Positions 45,263 to 55,514 of a stretch of DNA of 64,000 bases are shown here, in pieces; positions within the stretch are counted from its first letter, which is position 1, and each line of letters starts with the position of its first letter. Both the position numbers and the translations under genes were made by a program. The notes beneath the pieces are model-generated. The model saw only the letters and a list, made by a program, of their open reading frames with translations. It was not told where the DNA came from and ran no database searches. Origin of the DNA: Planctomycetota bacterium (GTDB taxonomy: Bacteria; Planctomycetota; GCA-002687715; CAIWVZ01); the NCBI GenBank assembly GCA_044222185.1, contig JBGANV010000001.1, positions 1,984,001 to 2,048,000 of the forward strand, in the 5' to 3' direction.

Positions 45263-46975
45263 TCACCAGATCAGGATCCGCCGCGAGATGCTGGACGAGT
45301 AGCTGGCACCGGCGAGCGTGATGGGTCCGGAAGCGTCCGCCACGAGCCACTGGGCGAAGTAGCTCGAGAACATCAGCCCGGGCGTGGTCGGAATGGAGAG
45401 CGTCGCCGTCGCTGCGCCGGTCGCGTCGGTCGTCATCAGGCCCAGCGAGCCGACCGGGAGCAAGAGTTGATTCGCAGCCGTGTCGATCCACAGCGTGCAC
45501 CCCGGCACCGCCAGCGGCGCGCCGCCGAGCGAGAGGCCGAGGATGGCCGCGCTCCCCGGCGACGCTCCGGAGATGCCGAGGGTGAACGCCGCATTGCCGA
45601 GCGCCGGAGTTCCTATCGGGACATAGAGCCCGGGACCTGCCCCAGCAACGCAGCCCGCGTGGTCGATGGTCCGATTGAAGCACACGCCGAGTTTCACCAG
45701 CCAACCAAAGTTCGGTGGTGGTTGCGAGCCGTTGGGAATTGGCGCCGCAACCACGACGTCGATGTCACCGTCGCCGTCGACGTCACCTGCGTCTTCTTGA
45801 ACCAAGCTCGACACATTCGCGATGGGATACGGATATCCCGCCGCGACGGGGAGATGCATGACCCCGACCGGCGACGTCGCTGGCGCGAACCGGACGATCG
45901 TATTGAACAGCAAGTACTCCGGATAGCCGTCCCCGTCGATGTCGCCGGCGAGTCGGTCAAATAGCCCCGTCGAAATCGCGGTCGAGCCGCCGAGTGCCCG
46001 GGGCGGCAGCGGCACAACTGCTCCTGTAGCGGAACCCAAGAATGTCCAGAGCGTGTACTGTCCGGCTGAGCCGAAGCCGACAACATCGTCGACACCGTCA
46101 AGATTCACATCTCCTGTTCGCAAGTAGTAAGGCACGGGCGATTGACATGTCGGGCACCACGGCGGTGTTGGAACAGCCACGGACACCGGCTGCGCGAACG
46201 TCAGGGCAGAGGTGTTGGTAAACACGCGCACGCTCGTCGGCCCAGCCGGATCGAAGGTGCTGACAACGATGTCGTAAAGGCCGTCATGGTTGATGTCGGC
46301 GATCGTCACAGCTCCCAACTGTTCGGTCGGCCCGAGCACCAAGTTCGTGGACGGGACGAACGTACCCGCCGACGTCGAATACGAGTAGATCGCGACGACG
46401 CCTGGATACGTGCCCGCAAAATAAGACCCGCCGATAACAAGCTCCGCGCGGCCGTCGCCATCCAGGTCTGTGAGTAGGACTGTGCTCCACCGTACCGACG
46501 CAAGCCCTGTGAAGAAGTTCGAACTTTGCAGAACACCGTTGCCCTGGTTCAGGTGGAACTTCACAAGCTGCCCCGTGACGGTTACGACGTCAGCGAGCCC
46601 GTCTCCGTTGATGTCACCCGTGTCGGCAAGATAGTTCAGGTCGCCGGGAGGGTTTGGCCCGACAGATGGGATCAGGTTGACCGTTGCTGTCCCAAACCCA
46701 CCAGCACCGTCCCCGAAAGCAATCTCGATGAACGGGTCCGCCTCGCTGACGATGGCATCGAGCTTCCCGTCGTTATTCATGTCGCGGAGGAGAATGCCGC
46801 CGTTTGTGGCGTGTTGCCAGATTGGGAAAGGAAGGTTCGCCGGCGACATGACGTAGGCGTAGTTGGGATCGGAAAACACCGACTGTGCCCGGCCCCCGCT
46901 CACCAAGATCGTGAATGCAAGGGTCGCTCCCAGGAGAAACGACGGCGGACGAACGAGAGGAGTCGGCGCGTTCAT
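45263..46975 (-). CDS. Secreted FG-GAP/VCBS repeat protein with a C-terminal beta-sandwich domain
   Basis: Signal peptide; 7 DxxxDGxxD/E repeats; C-terminal GTPALGN...GCTLWID...ATLSIP...YFAQW domain. Confidence 0.82.
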   Translation of the reverse strand: MNAPTPLVRPPSFLLGATLAFTILVSGGRAQSVFSDPNYAYVMSPANLPFPIWQHATNGGILLRDMNNDGKLDAIVSEADPFIEIAFGDGAGGFGTATVNLIPSVGPNPPGDLNYLADTGDINGDGLADVVTVTGQLVKFHLNQGNGVLQSSNFFTGLASVRWSTVLLTDLDGDGRAELVIGGSYFAGTYPGVVAIYSYSTSAGTFVPSTNLVLGPTEQLGAVTIADINHDGLYDIVVSTFDPAGPTSVRVFTNTSALTFAQPVSVAVPTPPWCPTCQSPVPYYLRTGDVNLDGVDDVVGFGSAGQYTLWTFLGSATGAVVPLPPRALGGSTAISTGLFDRLAGDIDGDGYPEYLLFNTIVRFAPATSPVGVMHLPVAAGYPYPIANVSSLVQEDAGDVDGDGDIDVVVAAPIPNGSQPPPNFGWLVKLGVCFNRTIDHAGCVAGAGPGLYVPIGTPALGNAAFTLGISGASPGSAAILGLSLGGAPLAVPGCTLWIDTAANQLLLPVGSLGLMTTDATGAATATLSIPTTPGLMFSSYFAQWLVADASGPITLAGASYSSSISRRILIW

Positions 46976-46987
46976 GGCTCGCAACCC

Positions 46988-49390
46988 CTAGAACTTGACC
47001 TCGTTCACTCCGGTCGCGACCGAGATGCCGACCGGCGGACGGTTTGGTGGACTCACTGGCGGAATGGCCGGTAACTCCCGGACAGCAAAGCGGACCGTCC
47101 TCGCGCCCGAAGAACCGACCAAAGCCGGAAGCGAGTAGGTCCACGTCGTCGTGTCCGGTGGTCCGGTCACCGTTGAGGTTGGTGTCCCGGCGGGAATCGG
47201 CGGCGACCCGACGACCTCCCACACCGCCGACGCCGTGTCCAGCAGGTAGTCGTGGGCAACTGTCGCGGTGATCACAGAACCAGCAAACGGGACAGGTCGA
47301 CCCGCGCGTTGATCGAGCGCAACAATCGGACGTGTGACGGACTCGGGAGTTGTTCCCAGGTCAAGAAAGATGTCGGCTTGAACGACCGATCCGGGAACGA
47401 CATACAGGCTCCCGAAGCTGTTGCCGAAGCCCAAGTGCGGTTGCAATGTTGCTGCATAGAGCCCGTCGAGACCCGCTTGCCACATCCGGTTCAGGTTCGC
47501 CCCGTTGTATACGGGATCGTAGAACCACTCGGCGAATGGGAAGTTCGTACCGGGACCCGTTGCAAGGCTGAAGCCAAGGGCCTGCGTCGACTCGCAGCGA
47601 AGGCTGTAGGCCTGCCCAACGACGAGCGGGACCGGCTGCGGCGGCACACCCTCGATCTGGAACTGTGCCGAGGACGCGCCACCCGTCGGCGTGTTGCTTC
47701 GCCCGACGACGCTCGTCGGCGAAAGCCGTGCGGTTCCAGACAGCTTGCCGACGAGCGGGGCGGGACTCGTACCGGTGGCCAGCGGGATCACATTCAGTCC
47801 GAATGGGACCGGCGGCGGCGGCGTGTCTGCTGCAAAACGCACCGTCCCTTCGACGCGGCCGAAGTCGTTGATGATGGGGAGCACCGTTGCCGTCGGATCT
47901 GCCGGTGACGGCCCCGGAGATGAGATAGGGTAGATCTCTGCCATGCCGGAAACTTCGTCTGGATGCAGCGGAATCGTTGGATTGCAACGCCAATAGGGAA
48001 CCGCTGTAACGCTCGGAACCATCTCGGGGAGCTATGTGTAGGACGTGAACACGAACGGCGTGGTCAGTCCGGGAACGGTCGAGGGCACATTCCCGGCTGG
48101 ATTCGGCACGCATGGCGTTCCAAACGCGCCCGGACCGAGCCCCGGGTGGAGATTCGTATGGTCGAGCCCAAAGAGATGGCCAATCTCATGCGTGATCGCG
48201 GTGGTCCAGCCGGGGCCGCCTGGGCATGTCGTTGGGACCCCGCTGGGGCAGCCGAGGCTCTGGCGTAGCGGCCACGTGGCATACCTCGCACTCAACAGCA
48301 CGTCGCACTCGATGATCACCCCGGACGTCGGCCGCATGAGCATGCTTGTCAACCCAATGAAATTGTTCATTGGATTCGGAAAGAAGATGATCTCATTGAT
48401 GCCGTCTCCCGTCGGCCCCGTGCTGTTCGGCGTTGCAGCGTTGAATGGGAAGATGTTGCCAAGCGGCGTGAACGCCGCACTCGCGTACGATCGCGTGACC
48501 GCATTGATGCCCGGCGCCCCCGCGGGACCTGACACGCCGCCGAAACGCATGTACATCGCCGAGTACTTGGTCCCGATCGTCGCTGGTGTGTTCTGAAGAC
48601 ACGGATGAACTTGGGTGAACCCCGGATTGGCCGCGAGGTATGCGGCGCTTGGAAGGCTCGGGTGCGTCGGCCAGTTGGCGATCGCTCCATACCGGGCCAT
48701 GGCAAAACAGACGTCCCATGCGAACTCGCCGTACGTGTAGGCCTGTGTCAGTGATGGGGTGAAGATGTCCACTCCCGCACTCGCAGTTCCATTGGGCATG
48801 TTGACGTAGAAGGTCTGCGGGCTCGTCCACCGCCGTGTCACATTGGCGTGACCGGATGTGGTTCGCTGGTTCGGATTGGGGTAGGTGGGCCCCAGTGGCA
48901 ACGGCGGCGTCTGGTACGGCGCGAACGAACACGTGTTGCACTGGCCGAGGCTGTCCATACAGAACCAGAGTACGCTCGGTTCCGACGGCGCGTCGCTGCC
49001 GCACGGTTCGACGATTCGCACGATTCCGTCGCCCACCCCCTCGACCATCGCGCCTGCGCGGGCAGCAAAGTGGACAAGCCGCTTGTGTTCAAGACTTGCG
49101 GACGTGTGCTCGCACGGCGGATGTGCGTCCAGCACACCGGCGTCGGTTTCACCGGCGGGTGTTCCTGAGTTTCCGTGTGGATCCGCCGGGAAGGGCGGCA
49201 GCGAATCACGCTGCGCGGGTGCAAAGTCCCGCGGCGCGGAACCTATCCCTGTCGACACCGGCCCGTAGGCCTGACCTCGGAGCGCGACGTCGGCGAGGGC
49301 CTGGGCTTCCGCACTATGAGTCACGCCGGCCGCGGCCAGAGTGAAAACTAGAGAAAGAGAGAGATTAGAACACGCGTTCAGATGGAAGAT
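46988..49390 (-). pseudogene. Secreted matrixin-like (M10) zinc metalloprotease split by an in-frame TAG (48032-48034), with an ATC start
   Basis: IIECDVLL and THEIGHLFGLDH before the stop; the two ORFs share a frame (SYT*LPEMVP); GAGGAGG lies 7 nt upstream of ATC at 49390, followed by a signal-like peptide. Confidence 0.72.
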
Positions 49391-50138
49391 GCTTCAACCT
49401 CCTCTTCGGATGTGCCCGCCAGGGACCGCCAAGTGCACCCGAGACAGAGGGGATCTCACCCACCGGGCCGTCGAATGTCAAGCAGCGATTGTGTCCGATG
49501 ATGCATGTTTGCTCACCGGGGTCGCCGTCTGCTGCGTCGTCGCATGCCCGCCATCCAGCGGCGCGGCAAAGCGACGCATCGGCGGTCGCCGCTGTAACCA
49601 TCGTGCTCCGACGAACATCCAGGGGCCACCGCTCCGGGTGGAAGTCCGAGCCGGCGCGCGCGCACGCGCCGTCGAGCGCGCACTGGAACGTCTGATCAAA
49701 GGGTGTGCTCTGCCGCTCCACCTGCGCCGGGCGAGACGGGACGGACGCGTTCCTTCCCCACGAGTCTGTAATCCTGAGCCACATCGGTCCGGCAGGCAGC
49801 GCCGATCGCGCCTACGCACTACGACTGAGACGGAGGGCAGGGCGTACGCGCATCAGCCTCCGTGGAGCGGTCGACACCGTATGGGGCGATGTCGTGCGGC
49901 GCCCTATTCTCATCACGCCTACGACGAAGTCCGCTGGCGGACGCGGCCCAGTAACGTGCGCCCGCCAACGACAGATCCAGTCGGACGAACCGCCGGTCGA
50001 ACACCGCCGTCTCGCCCGCCACTCACGCCGGAGATTCGCGTGCTCACACCGCAGCCGAATTCGCAAGTCGCACAGTTGGCGGACGCCGACCCGCGGAACC
50101 GCCGGGCAGCCGGACTCGCGCTCGCTCCGAAGGGGCAC

Positions 50139-52655
50139 ATGACTCCCTGCTTCGGCCTGCTCACGTTCTTCCTCATGGTCGACGTCGCGTGCCTCGTCGT
50201 CCCCTTCTACTCCGCGCGCTTCTCCGACAGCCCGTGGGGCTCGGCTGAACGGATGGCCTTCCTCGCGCGGGCGATGGCCGCGAGCCTCGCTTTCGGGCTC
50301 GTGACGGCGATCGCCGCAGAGCGCCGCAATCATTCGACGTGGCACTTCCTCCTCGGGCACCTCGGCTTCCCCGTCGCCCTCGTTCTCGCCACCTTGGGGT
50401 TCGACCAGGCCAAGGCCGGAGTGACGCTGCCGATCTGGAATCCCACCGGTCCTGCGGGCGCCAACCTCCTCGTCGTGATCTCGGCGTTCGCTGGCGCCCT
50501 CGTCAGCCTCGGGCTCACGCGCTTCGCACGCTCCGAAATGCCGCCCATGGGACGGGGGCTGAAGGCCGTTTGCCGACTCATGTTCCAGATCGGCAACCTG
50601 TGGTTCGGCATCGCGCTGATGCTCGTGATCGGGTCGACCGTCGCAGCCGGCACCTTCGTCGAGAACAGCTACGGAACGAAGGCGGCGCAGTACCTGATCT
50701 ACCGCTCGCCCTGGTTCGGAGCGGTGTTCTTCACCGGTGGAATGTCGATGCTCTGCGCCACGTTCCGCAAGTACCCGTTCCGCCTCGAGCAGGCGGGATG
50801 GCTCACGGTCCATTCCGGCCTCGCCATGACCGTCATCGGCGCGATGATGTCGTTCCTCTCCAGCGTCGAGGGCGACGTTTCGATCCGCGAAGGAGAGACC
50901 GCGGCCACGTTCCAGCTCTCCACGCAGACGCGAATCGCCGTCGACGAAGTGATGAAGGACGCAAGCGGTCGCCGCGCGACGCGCCCCGTGCTGCGCGAGA
51001 TCGCGGACTTCGACGTGAATCCGACGAACATGGAACCGAACCGGGCGTTTTCCGCTCCGTCCGGGGAGGACGGAGTCGGGCTCCAACTCGTCGTCGATCG
51101 CTATTACGGCATCGGCGAACCATCGTCCGAATGGACCGACGATGCCGACCACGAGCATCTCGGCGTGGAAATCGAGATGACGATGGCGAAGGCGAAGCGA
51201 TCGGAAACGCTTCGACTCGAGGAAGAACGGGATAGCGAGGCACGTCTCCCCTTCGGAGACGGCGGTTTCACCGTTTCGCTCTTCAGGGCCCCGGCTCGGC
51301 AGCTGCAGGCGTTCGTCCGAAAGGACCAGCCCGCGGGTCACGGCCACGCAATCGTTCGCAACGCGGCGGGCGACGTCGTGGCGGACATCCCCGTCGAGCC
51401 GACGACGGCACCCCGCACGGATGGACAGGCTGCGCCGCTCACCTCGGTGACACGGATCCCGGGAACGGAAGTCGACGTCCGACTCCTGGGATACTTCGAC
51501 GACATGCGGGTGACGCAATCGAACTCCGTCACCGACTCGGCGCCCGGGAACCCGATCAATCCCGCGATCAAGCTCGAGATCACCGGGCCCGTGGGACTCG
51601 ACACCCACCACGTCATGGCATATCTGCCTGGAAAGCACCCGACGGAAGGCGGGCGCAGCGACGACCGAAAGAACCCTTACTGGGTCAACTTCGAGTACGC
51701 GCCGCGCATCGAACTGAACGGGCCTCAGCTGCTGCTGGTCGACGTCGACGGCGCGATGAGCTGGATCTACGTGTCGGCGAGCGGCGAGCGCTCGATGGGT
51801 CCGATCAAGGTGGGTGAGGACATCCCGCTTCCCATGCCGGCGTTCAAGCTGAGGCCAACGAAGCTCTACTCGAAGCTCCGCATCGACGACGGCTACGTGT
51901 TCAAGGGATACCGCGCCGACAACCAGGTGATCCGCGTGACTGCGCGAGCCACCGACGGAACGCCGCCCGCCTCGACGTGGGTCCCCCTCGGAACGCGGCG
52001 TCCGCTCGAGCTCGGGGATCGGATGTTCACCGTGTCGTGGACGCCATCGACGCGCCCTCTCGGGTTCGCACTCACGTTGAATGACTTCCACCGGGACTTC
52101 TATCCTGGCTCGGCCGAGGAGTCGTCGTTCGAGTCGTACTGCCTCATGCGACACCCGACGAAATTCCCCAACGGCGCGGACATCAAGATCGACATGAATC
52201 ACCCGCTTCGCATCGACGGCTGGCGTCTCTTCCAATCGCGTTTCGGCCGCGACGGGAAGACGACCACTCTGCAGGTGAACCGCGACCCCGGTCTCTCGAT
52301 CACCTACCCCGCGTGCGCGGTCGTCCTCCTCGGCATGATCGTCGTCTTCTTCATGAAGAAGACGCTCAAGCTGAAGCGCACCGACCTCGAGAAGAAGGGA
52401 GCGTCCGCCGCGAGCCACCTCGCGTGGGCCGTCGGATCCGTCCTCGCCGTAGGCGTGGGACCGCTCCTCTTCGGGCTCTACGCCGCGACGCACACGGCCC
52501 TCGGCCTCCCGCTTTCCGGCTGGCCATCCTTCGTGTTCGGTGTCAGTCTCCTGATCGTCTTCCCCATTCTCGTCGTCTGGTACTTCGTCCGCCCCATGCA
52601 GCGTCGCCTCGAGATGGCGGTCGCTCCTGCGGCACAGTCTGGAGCCTCGGCATGA
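50139..52655 (+). CDS. resB: Cytochrome c biogenesis System II protein, ResB/CcsB family
   Basis: AAGTFVENSYG...IYRSPWF, GWLTVHSG (TM His), large periplasmic loop, IDMNHPLRIDGWRLFQS, LQVNRDPG. Confidence 0.85.
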   Translation: MTPCFGLLTFFLMVDVACLVVPFYSARFSDSPWGSAERMAFLARAMAASLAFGLVTAIAAERRNHSTWHFLLGHLGFPVALVLATLGFDQAKAGVTLPIWNPTGPAGANLLVVISAFAGALVSLGLTRFARSEMPPMGRGLKAVCRLMFQIGNLWFGIALMLVIGSTVAAGTFVENSYGTKAAQYLIYRSPWFGAVFFTGGMSMLCATFRKYPFRLEQAGWLTVHSGLAMTVIGAMMSFLSSVEGDVSIREGETAATFQLSTQTRIAVDEVMKDASGRRATRPVLREIADFDVNPTNMEPNRAFSAPSGEDGVGLQLVVDRYYGIGEPSSEWTDDADHEHLGVEIEMTMAKAKRSETLRLEEERDSEARLPFGDGGFTVSLFRAPARQLQAFVRKDQPAGHGHAIVRNAAGDVVADIPVEPTTAPRTDGQAAPLTSVTRIPGTEVDVRLLGYFDDMRVTQSNSVTDSAPGNPINPAIKLEITGPVGLDTHHVMAYLPGKHPTEGGRSDDRKNPYWVNFEYAPRIELNGPQLLLVDVDGAMSWIYVSASGERSMGPIKVGEDIPLPMPAFKLRPTKLYSKLRIDDGYVFKGYRADNQVIRVTARATDGTPPASTWVPLGTRRPLELGDRMFTVSWTPSTRPLGFALTLNDFHRDFYPGSAEESSFESYCLMRHPTKFPNGADIKIDMNHPLRIDGWRLFQSRFGRDGKTTTLQVNRDPGLSITYPACAVVLLGMIVVFFMKKTLKLKRTDLEKKGASAASHLAWAVGSVLAVGVGPLLFGLYAATHTALGLPLSGWPSFVFGVSLLIVFPILVVWYFVRPMQRRLEMAVAPAAQSGASA

Positions 52656-54454
52656 TTTCGCGAACTCTCATCGTCGCGCTCGGCCTCGCAGCCGCCGTCT
52701 TCGCGCAAGATGTGCGGTCCGTCGATCGCTCGCAGCTCGATCTGTCGGAAATCCGCCGCCTTCCCGTGCTTGCCAGTGGACGCTTCAAGCCGTTCGACTC
52801 GTACGCGCGCGAAATCGTCACGGCCGTCACGGGAGCGGAGAAACCCAAGCGCGTGATGGACGGCGGCGCAGAGAAGCGCATGGACCCCGTGCTCGTCTAC
52901 CTCGAGTGGGTCTTCGATGCGGCGCGCGCGCGCGCGATTCCCCAGCTCGCCGCGCCGAACGCGGCGTCGCGCAAGCTCATTGCGGCCGCGCGCGGCGAGA
53001 AGGACACGAACTTCTCCTATGACGAGCTCATGAGCAACCCGGCGTTCGTCGAAGCCGTCAACGCGGCGCTCGCAAAAGACTCCGAGACCTGGGGCGAGGT
53101 CGAGCGCGAGATCATGGCGCTGCGTCATCGCTCGGACGAATTCGCCGACGCGGCGGGCCTGACGTCGGCGTGGTCGTCCTTCCCCGCCGAACTCCGCGGA
53201 GGCCCGCCCATGGTGCCGCCCAAGGAGGCCCGAGTCCCGGGCATCGAATACAAGTGGGGCTGGCTCCCGAGCCTGGCGACGTTCGGATACACGGACGTGC
53301 AGCGCTCGCCCGTCGTCGACGCGTGGACCAGACTTCGCTCCGCGTGGACCGCGTCGGATTCCAACGCCTTCCTCGAAGCGTCCAAGGCACTGCGGGCGGC
53401 GATCACGGCACTCGGTGCTCCCGAATTCCCGCCGCAGGCCAAGCTCGATCGCGAGGTCCGGTTCAACCTCGTGAACCCGTTCACGGTCGCTGCGTGGTTG
53501 TACTTCGCTACGTTCTGGCTCGCGGTCGTCTGGCTCGTCTGGTCGCGAAAGTGGTTCGGCTTCGTGGCAGCGGTGCCAGCGCTGATCGGGCTGGGTTACC
53601 ACGTGTGGGGTTCCATCGAGCGAACGGCGCTGTCCGAGCAGGCGCTCATCGGGAACCTCTACGAGTCGCTGCTCTTCGTCGCCGGCGTCGCCATGCTGGC
53701 CGGGTTGGCGTTCGAGGGGATCTTCCGCTCGCGATGGTGCCTGCTCGCGGGATCGCTGCTCGCCTGGGTTGCCACACTCGCGGCCCTCGACAATCCCCTG
53801 TTCATGCCGCCCTCGATCGCGCGGCTGAAGCCGGTCCTGATCAACAACTTCTGGATCCACATCCACGTTCCCACGATCATGGCGTCCTACGCCACGCTGG
53901 GGCTTGCGGCCGTGATGTCGCACGTGTGGCTGGTGCTCCGGCTGTTCCGGCCCGAGACGCATCCCGAGCTGAGGTCCATCTCGAAGTTCACTTACTGGAT
54001 CACGGCGCCGGGAGTCATCCTCCTCTTCGCCGGCATGATCCTCGGTGGCATCTGGGCCGATGCGTCGTGGGGACGGTTCTGGGGCTGGGATCCCAAGGAG
54101 ACGTGGGCATTCATCACGTGGCTCGTGTTCATCGTCGTGATCCATGGGCGATGGTCCGGATGGCTCCGCGACTTCGGAACGGCCATGGGCGGAGTGGTCG
54201 GAGGGCTCTCGCTGTTGTTCACCTACTACGGCGTGAACTTCTTCCTCTCGGGGCTGCACTCGTACGCGGGCGCAGGCAGCGGCGGAGTGACGTTCCCGGG
54301 CTGGCTCATCGCCTGGCTCACGTTCGAGGTCCTGCTCGTCGCGGCGTCGATTCTCAAGCATTCGGGGAGTCGGACCGTCGCGACGAAGGTCACCGACGCG
54401 GAGACGGGACCGACGGCGCATGGCGCGACGTCGAAGCCGGCACTGCGAGGGTAG
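52652..54454 (+). CDS. ccsA: Cytochrome c biogenesis System II heme synthase CcsA/ResC
   Basis: GRFKPFDSYAR, NLYES, WIHIHV, WWD domain GGIWADASWGRFWGWDPKETW, GVNFFLSGLHSYA; ATGA overlap with resB. Confidence 0.93.
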   Translation: MISRTLIVALGLAAAVFAQDVRSVDRSQLDLSEIRRLPVLASGRFKPFDSYAREIVTAVTGAEKPKRVMDGGAEKRMDPVLVYLEWVFDAARARAIPQLAAPNAASRKLIAAARGEKDTNFSYDELMSNPAFVEAVNAALAKDSETWGEVEREIMALRHRSDEFADAAGLTSAWSSFPAELRGGPPMVPPKEARVPGIEYKWGWLPSLATFGYTDVQRSPVVDAWTRLRSAWTASDSNAFLEASKALRAAITALGAPEFPPQAKLDREVRFNLVNPFTVAAWLYFATFWLAVVWLVWSRKWFGFVAAVPALIGLGYHVWGSIERTALSEQALIGNLYESLLFVAGVAMLAGLAFEGIFRSRWCLLAGSLLAWVATLAALDNPLFMPPSIARLKPVLINNFWIHIHVPTIMASYATLGLAAVMSHVWLVLRLFRPETHPELRSISKFTYWITAPGVILLFAGMILGGIWADASWGRFWGWDPKETWAFITWLVFIVVIHGRWSGWLRDFGTAMGGVVGGLSLLFTYYGVNFFLSGLHSYAGAGSGGVTFPGWLIAWLTFEVLLVAASILKHSGSRTVATKVTDAETGPTAHGATSKPALRG

Positions 54455-54541
54455 GGGCGACCGGGATCGAGCGGGCTTGCGCACGTGGGGCCGCGGCGAG
54501 GTGGAACCTCGCCCGACCGGCCGCGCGGGAGCGCGGCGCTC

Positions 54542-55363
54542 CTATCCGTTCGCGCTGGCGGTTCGGGACTTGGAGGTCTTCGTCGCCTTCGGGGCGGGCT
54601 CGCCGCATCGGCGGATGTACTCGCGTGCCAGCTGTCGGTAGTCCTCGGCGCCATTGCTTTCGCCGGCATAGGCGAGGACGCTCTTCCCGTGCGACGGGGC
54701 CTCCGCGAGCTTCACGTTGATGCGGATCTGCGTCTCGAACAGCTTGTCGGGCAAGTGCGTGCGGATCTCGTCCAGCACCTCCTGCGTGAGCCGCGGACGC
54801 TTGTCCACCTTGCAGGCGACGATGCCGGCAAGCTCGAGCCGTGGGTTCAGCCACTTCCGCACCATGTCGACGACCTCGATCAGCTTGGCCATCCCCTGGA
54901 GCGCGAAGAACTCGGTCTGCATGGCGATGAGGACCTGGTCGGCCGCCGCCAGCGCGTTGATGGAGAGCAGCCCCAGTGACGGTGGCGAATCGATGACGAC
55001 GACGTCGAACCGCGACGGGGCGAGCTTTGCCAGTCCGTCGTGAAGGACCGTCTCACGACCGGCCTTCCCACCGAGTTCCAGCTCTGCCGCCGCCAGATCG
55101 ATGTGCGACTGGATGCACCACAGGTTCTTCTCGCCGAGGGGCCGGATCACGGCGTCGATCTCGGTGTCCCCCACGAGGAGGTCGTAGACGGTCTTCTCGG
55201 CGCTGTTGGCGTCGAGTCCCGCGTGCTCCGTGAGGTTCGCCTGGGGGTCCAGATCGATGAGGAGGACCCGCAGCCCGGTCTCCGCGAGCGCGGCGCCCAG
55301 GTTCATGGCGGTCGTCGTCTTGCCGACGCCGCCCTTCTGGTTGATCACGGCGATCACTTTCAT
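54542..55363 (-). CDS. ParA/Soj-family ATPase (no adjacent parB)
   Basis: [11 protein letters not shown] deviant Walker [27 protein letters not shown]. Confidence 0.92.
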   Translation of the reverse strand: MKVIAVINQKGGVGKTTTAMNLGAALAETGLRVLLIDLDPQANLTEHAGLDANSAEKTVYDLLVGDTEIDAVIRPLGEKNLWCIQSHIDLAAAELELGGKAGRETVLHDGLAKLAPSRFDVVVIDSPPSLGLLSINALAAADQVLIAMQTEFFALQGMAKLIEVVDMVRKWLNPRLELAGIVACKVDKRPRLTQEVLDEIRTHLPDKLFETQIRINVKLAEAPSHGKSVLAYAGESNGAEDYRQLAREYIRRCGEPAPKATKTSKSRTASANG

Positions 55364-55514
55364 GAGTCGATCTCGGGGTCGCGGAAGCGGGGCTCGACAC
55401 GCGGCTGAACCCGCCGCGCACGTTCGCGACGACAGTTGTCGGCGCAGGGGCCGCGCGTGTCAAGCACGAGGTGGAATCGCCACCGGGACGCTCTACAATC
55501 CCGCCGCCCACGCC

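Noticed and set aside
49630-49660. GGTGGAAGTCCGAGC resembling RNase P or cobalamin/FMN riboswitch cores
   Set aside because: The other conserved elements of those RNAs are not found nearby.
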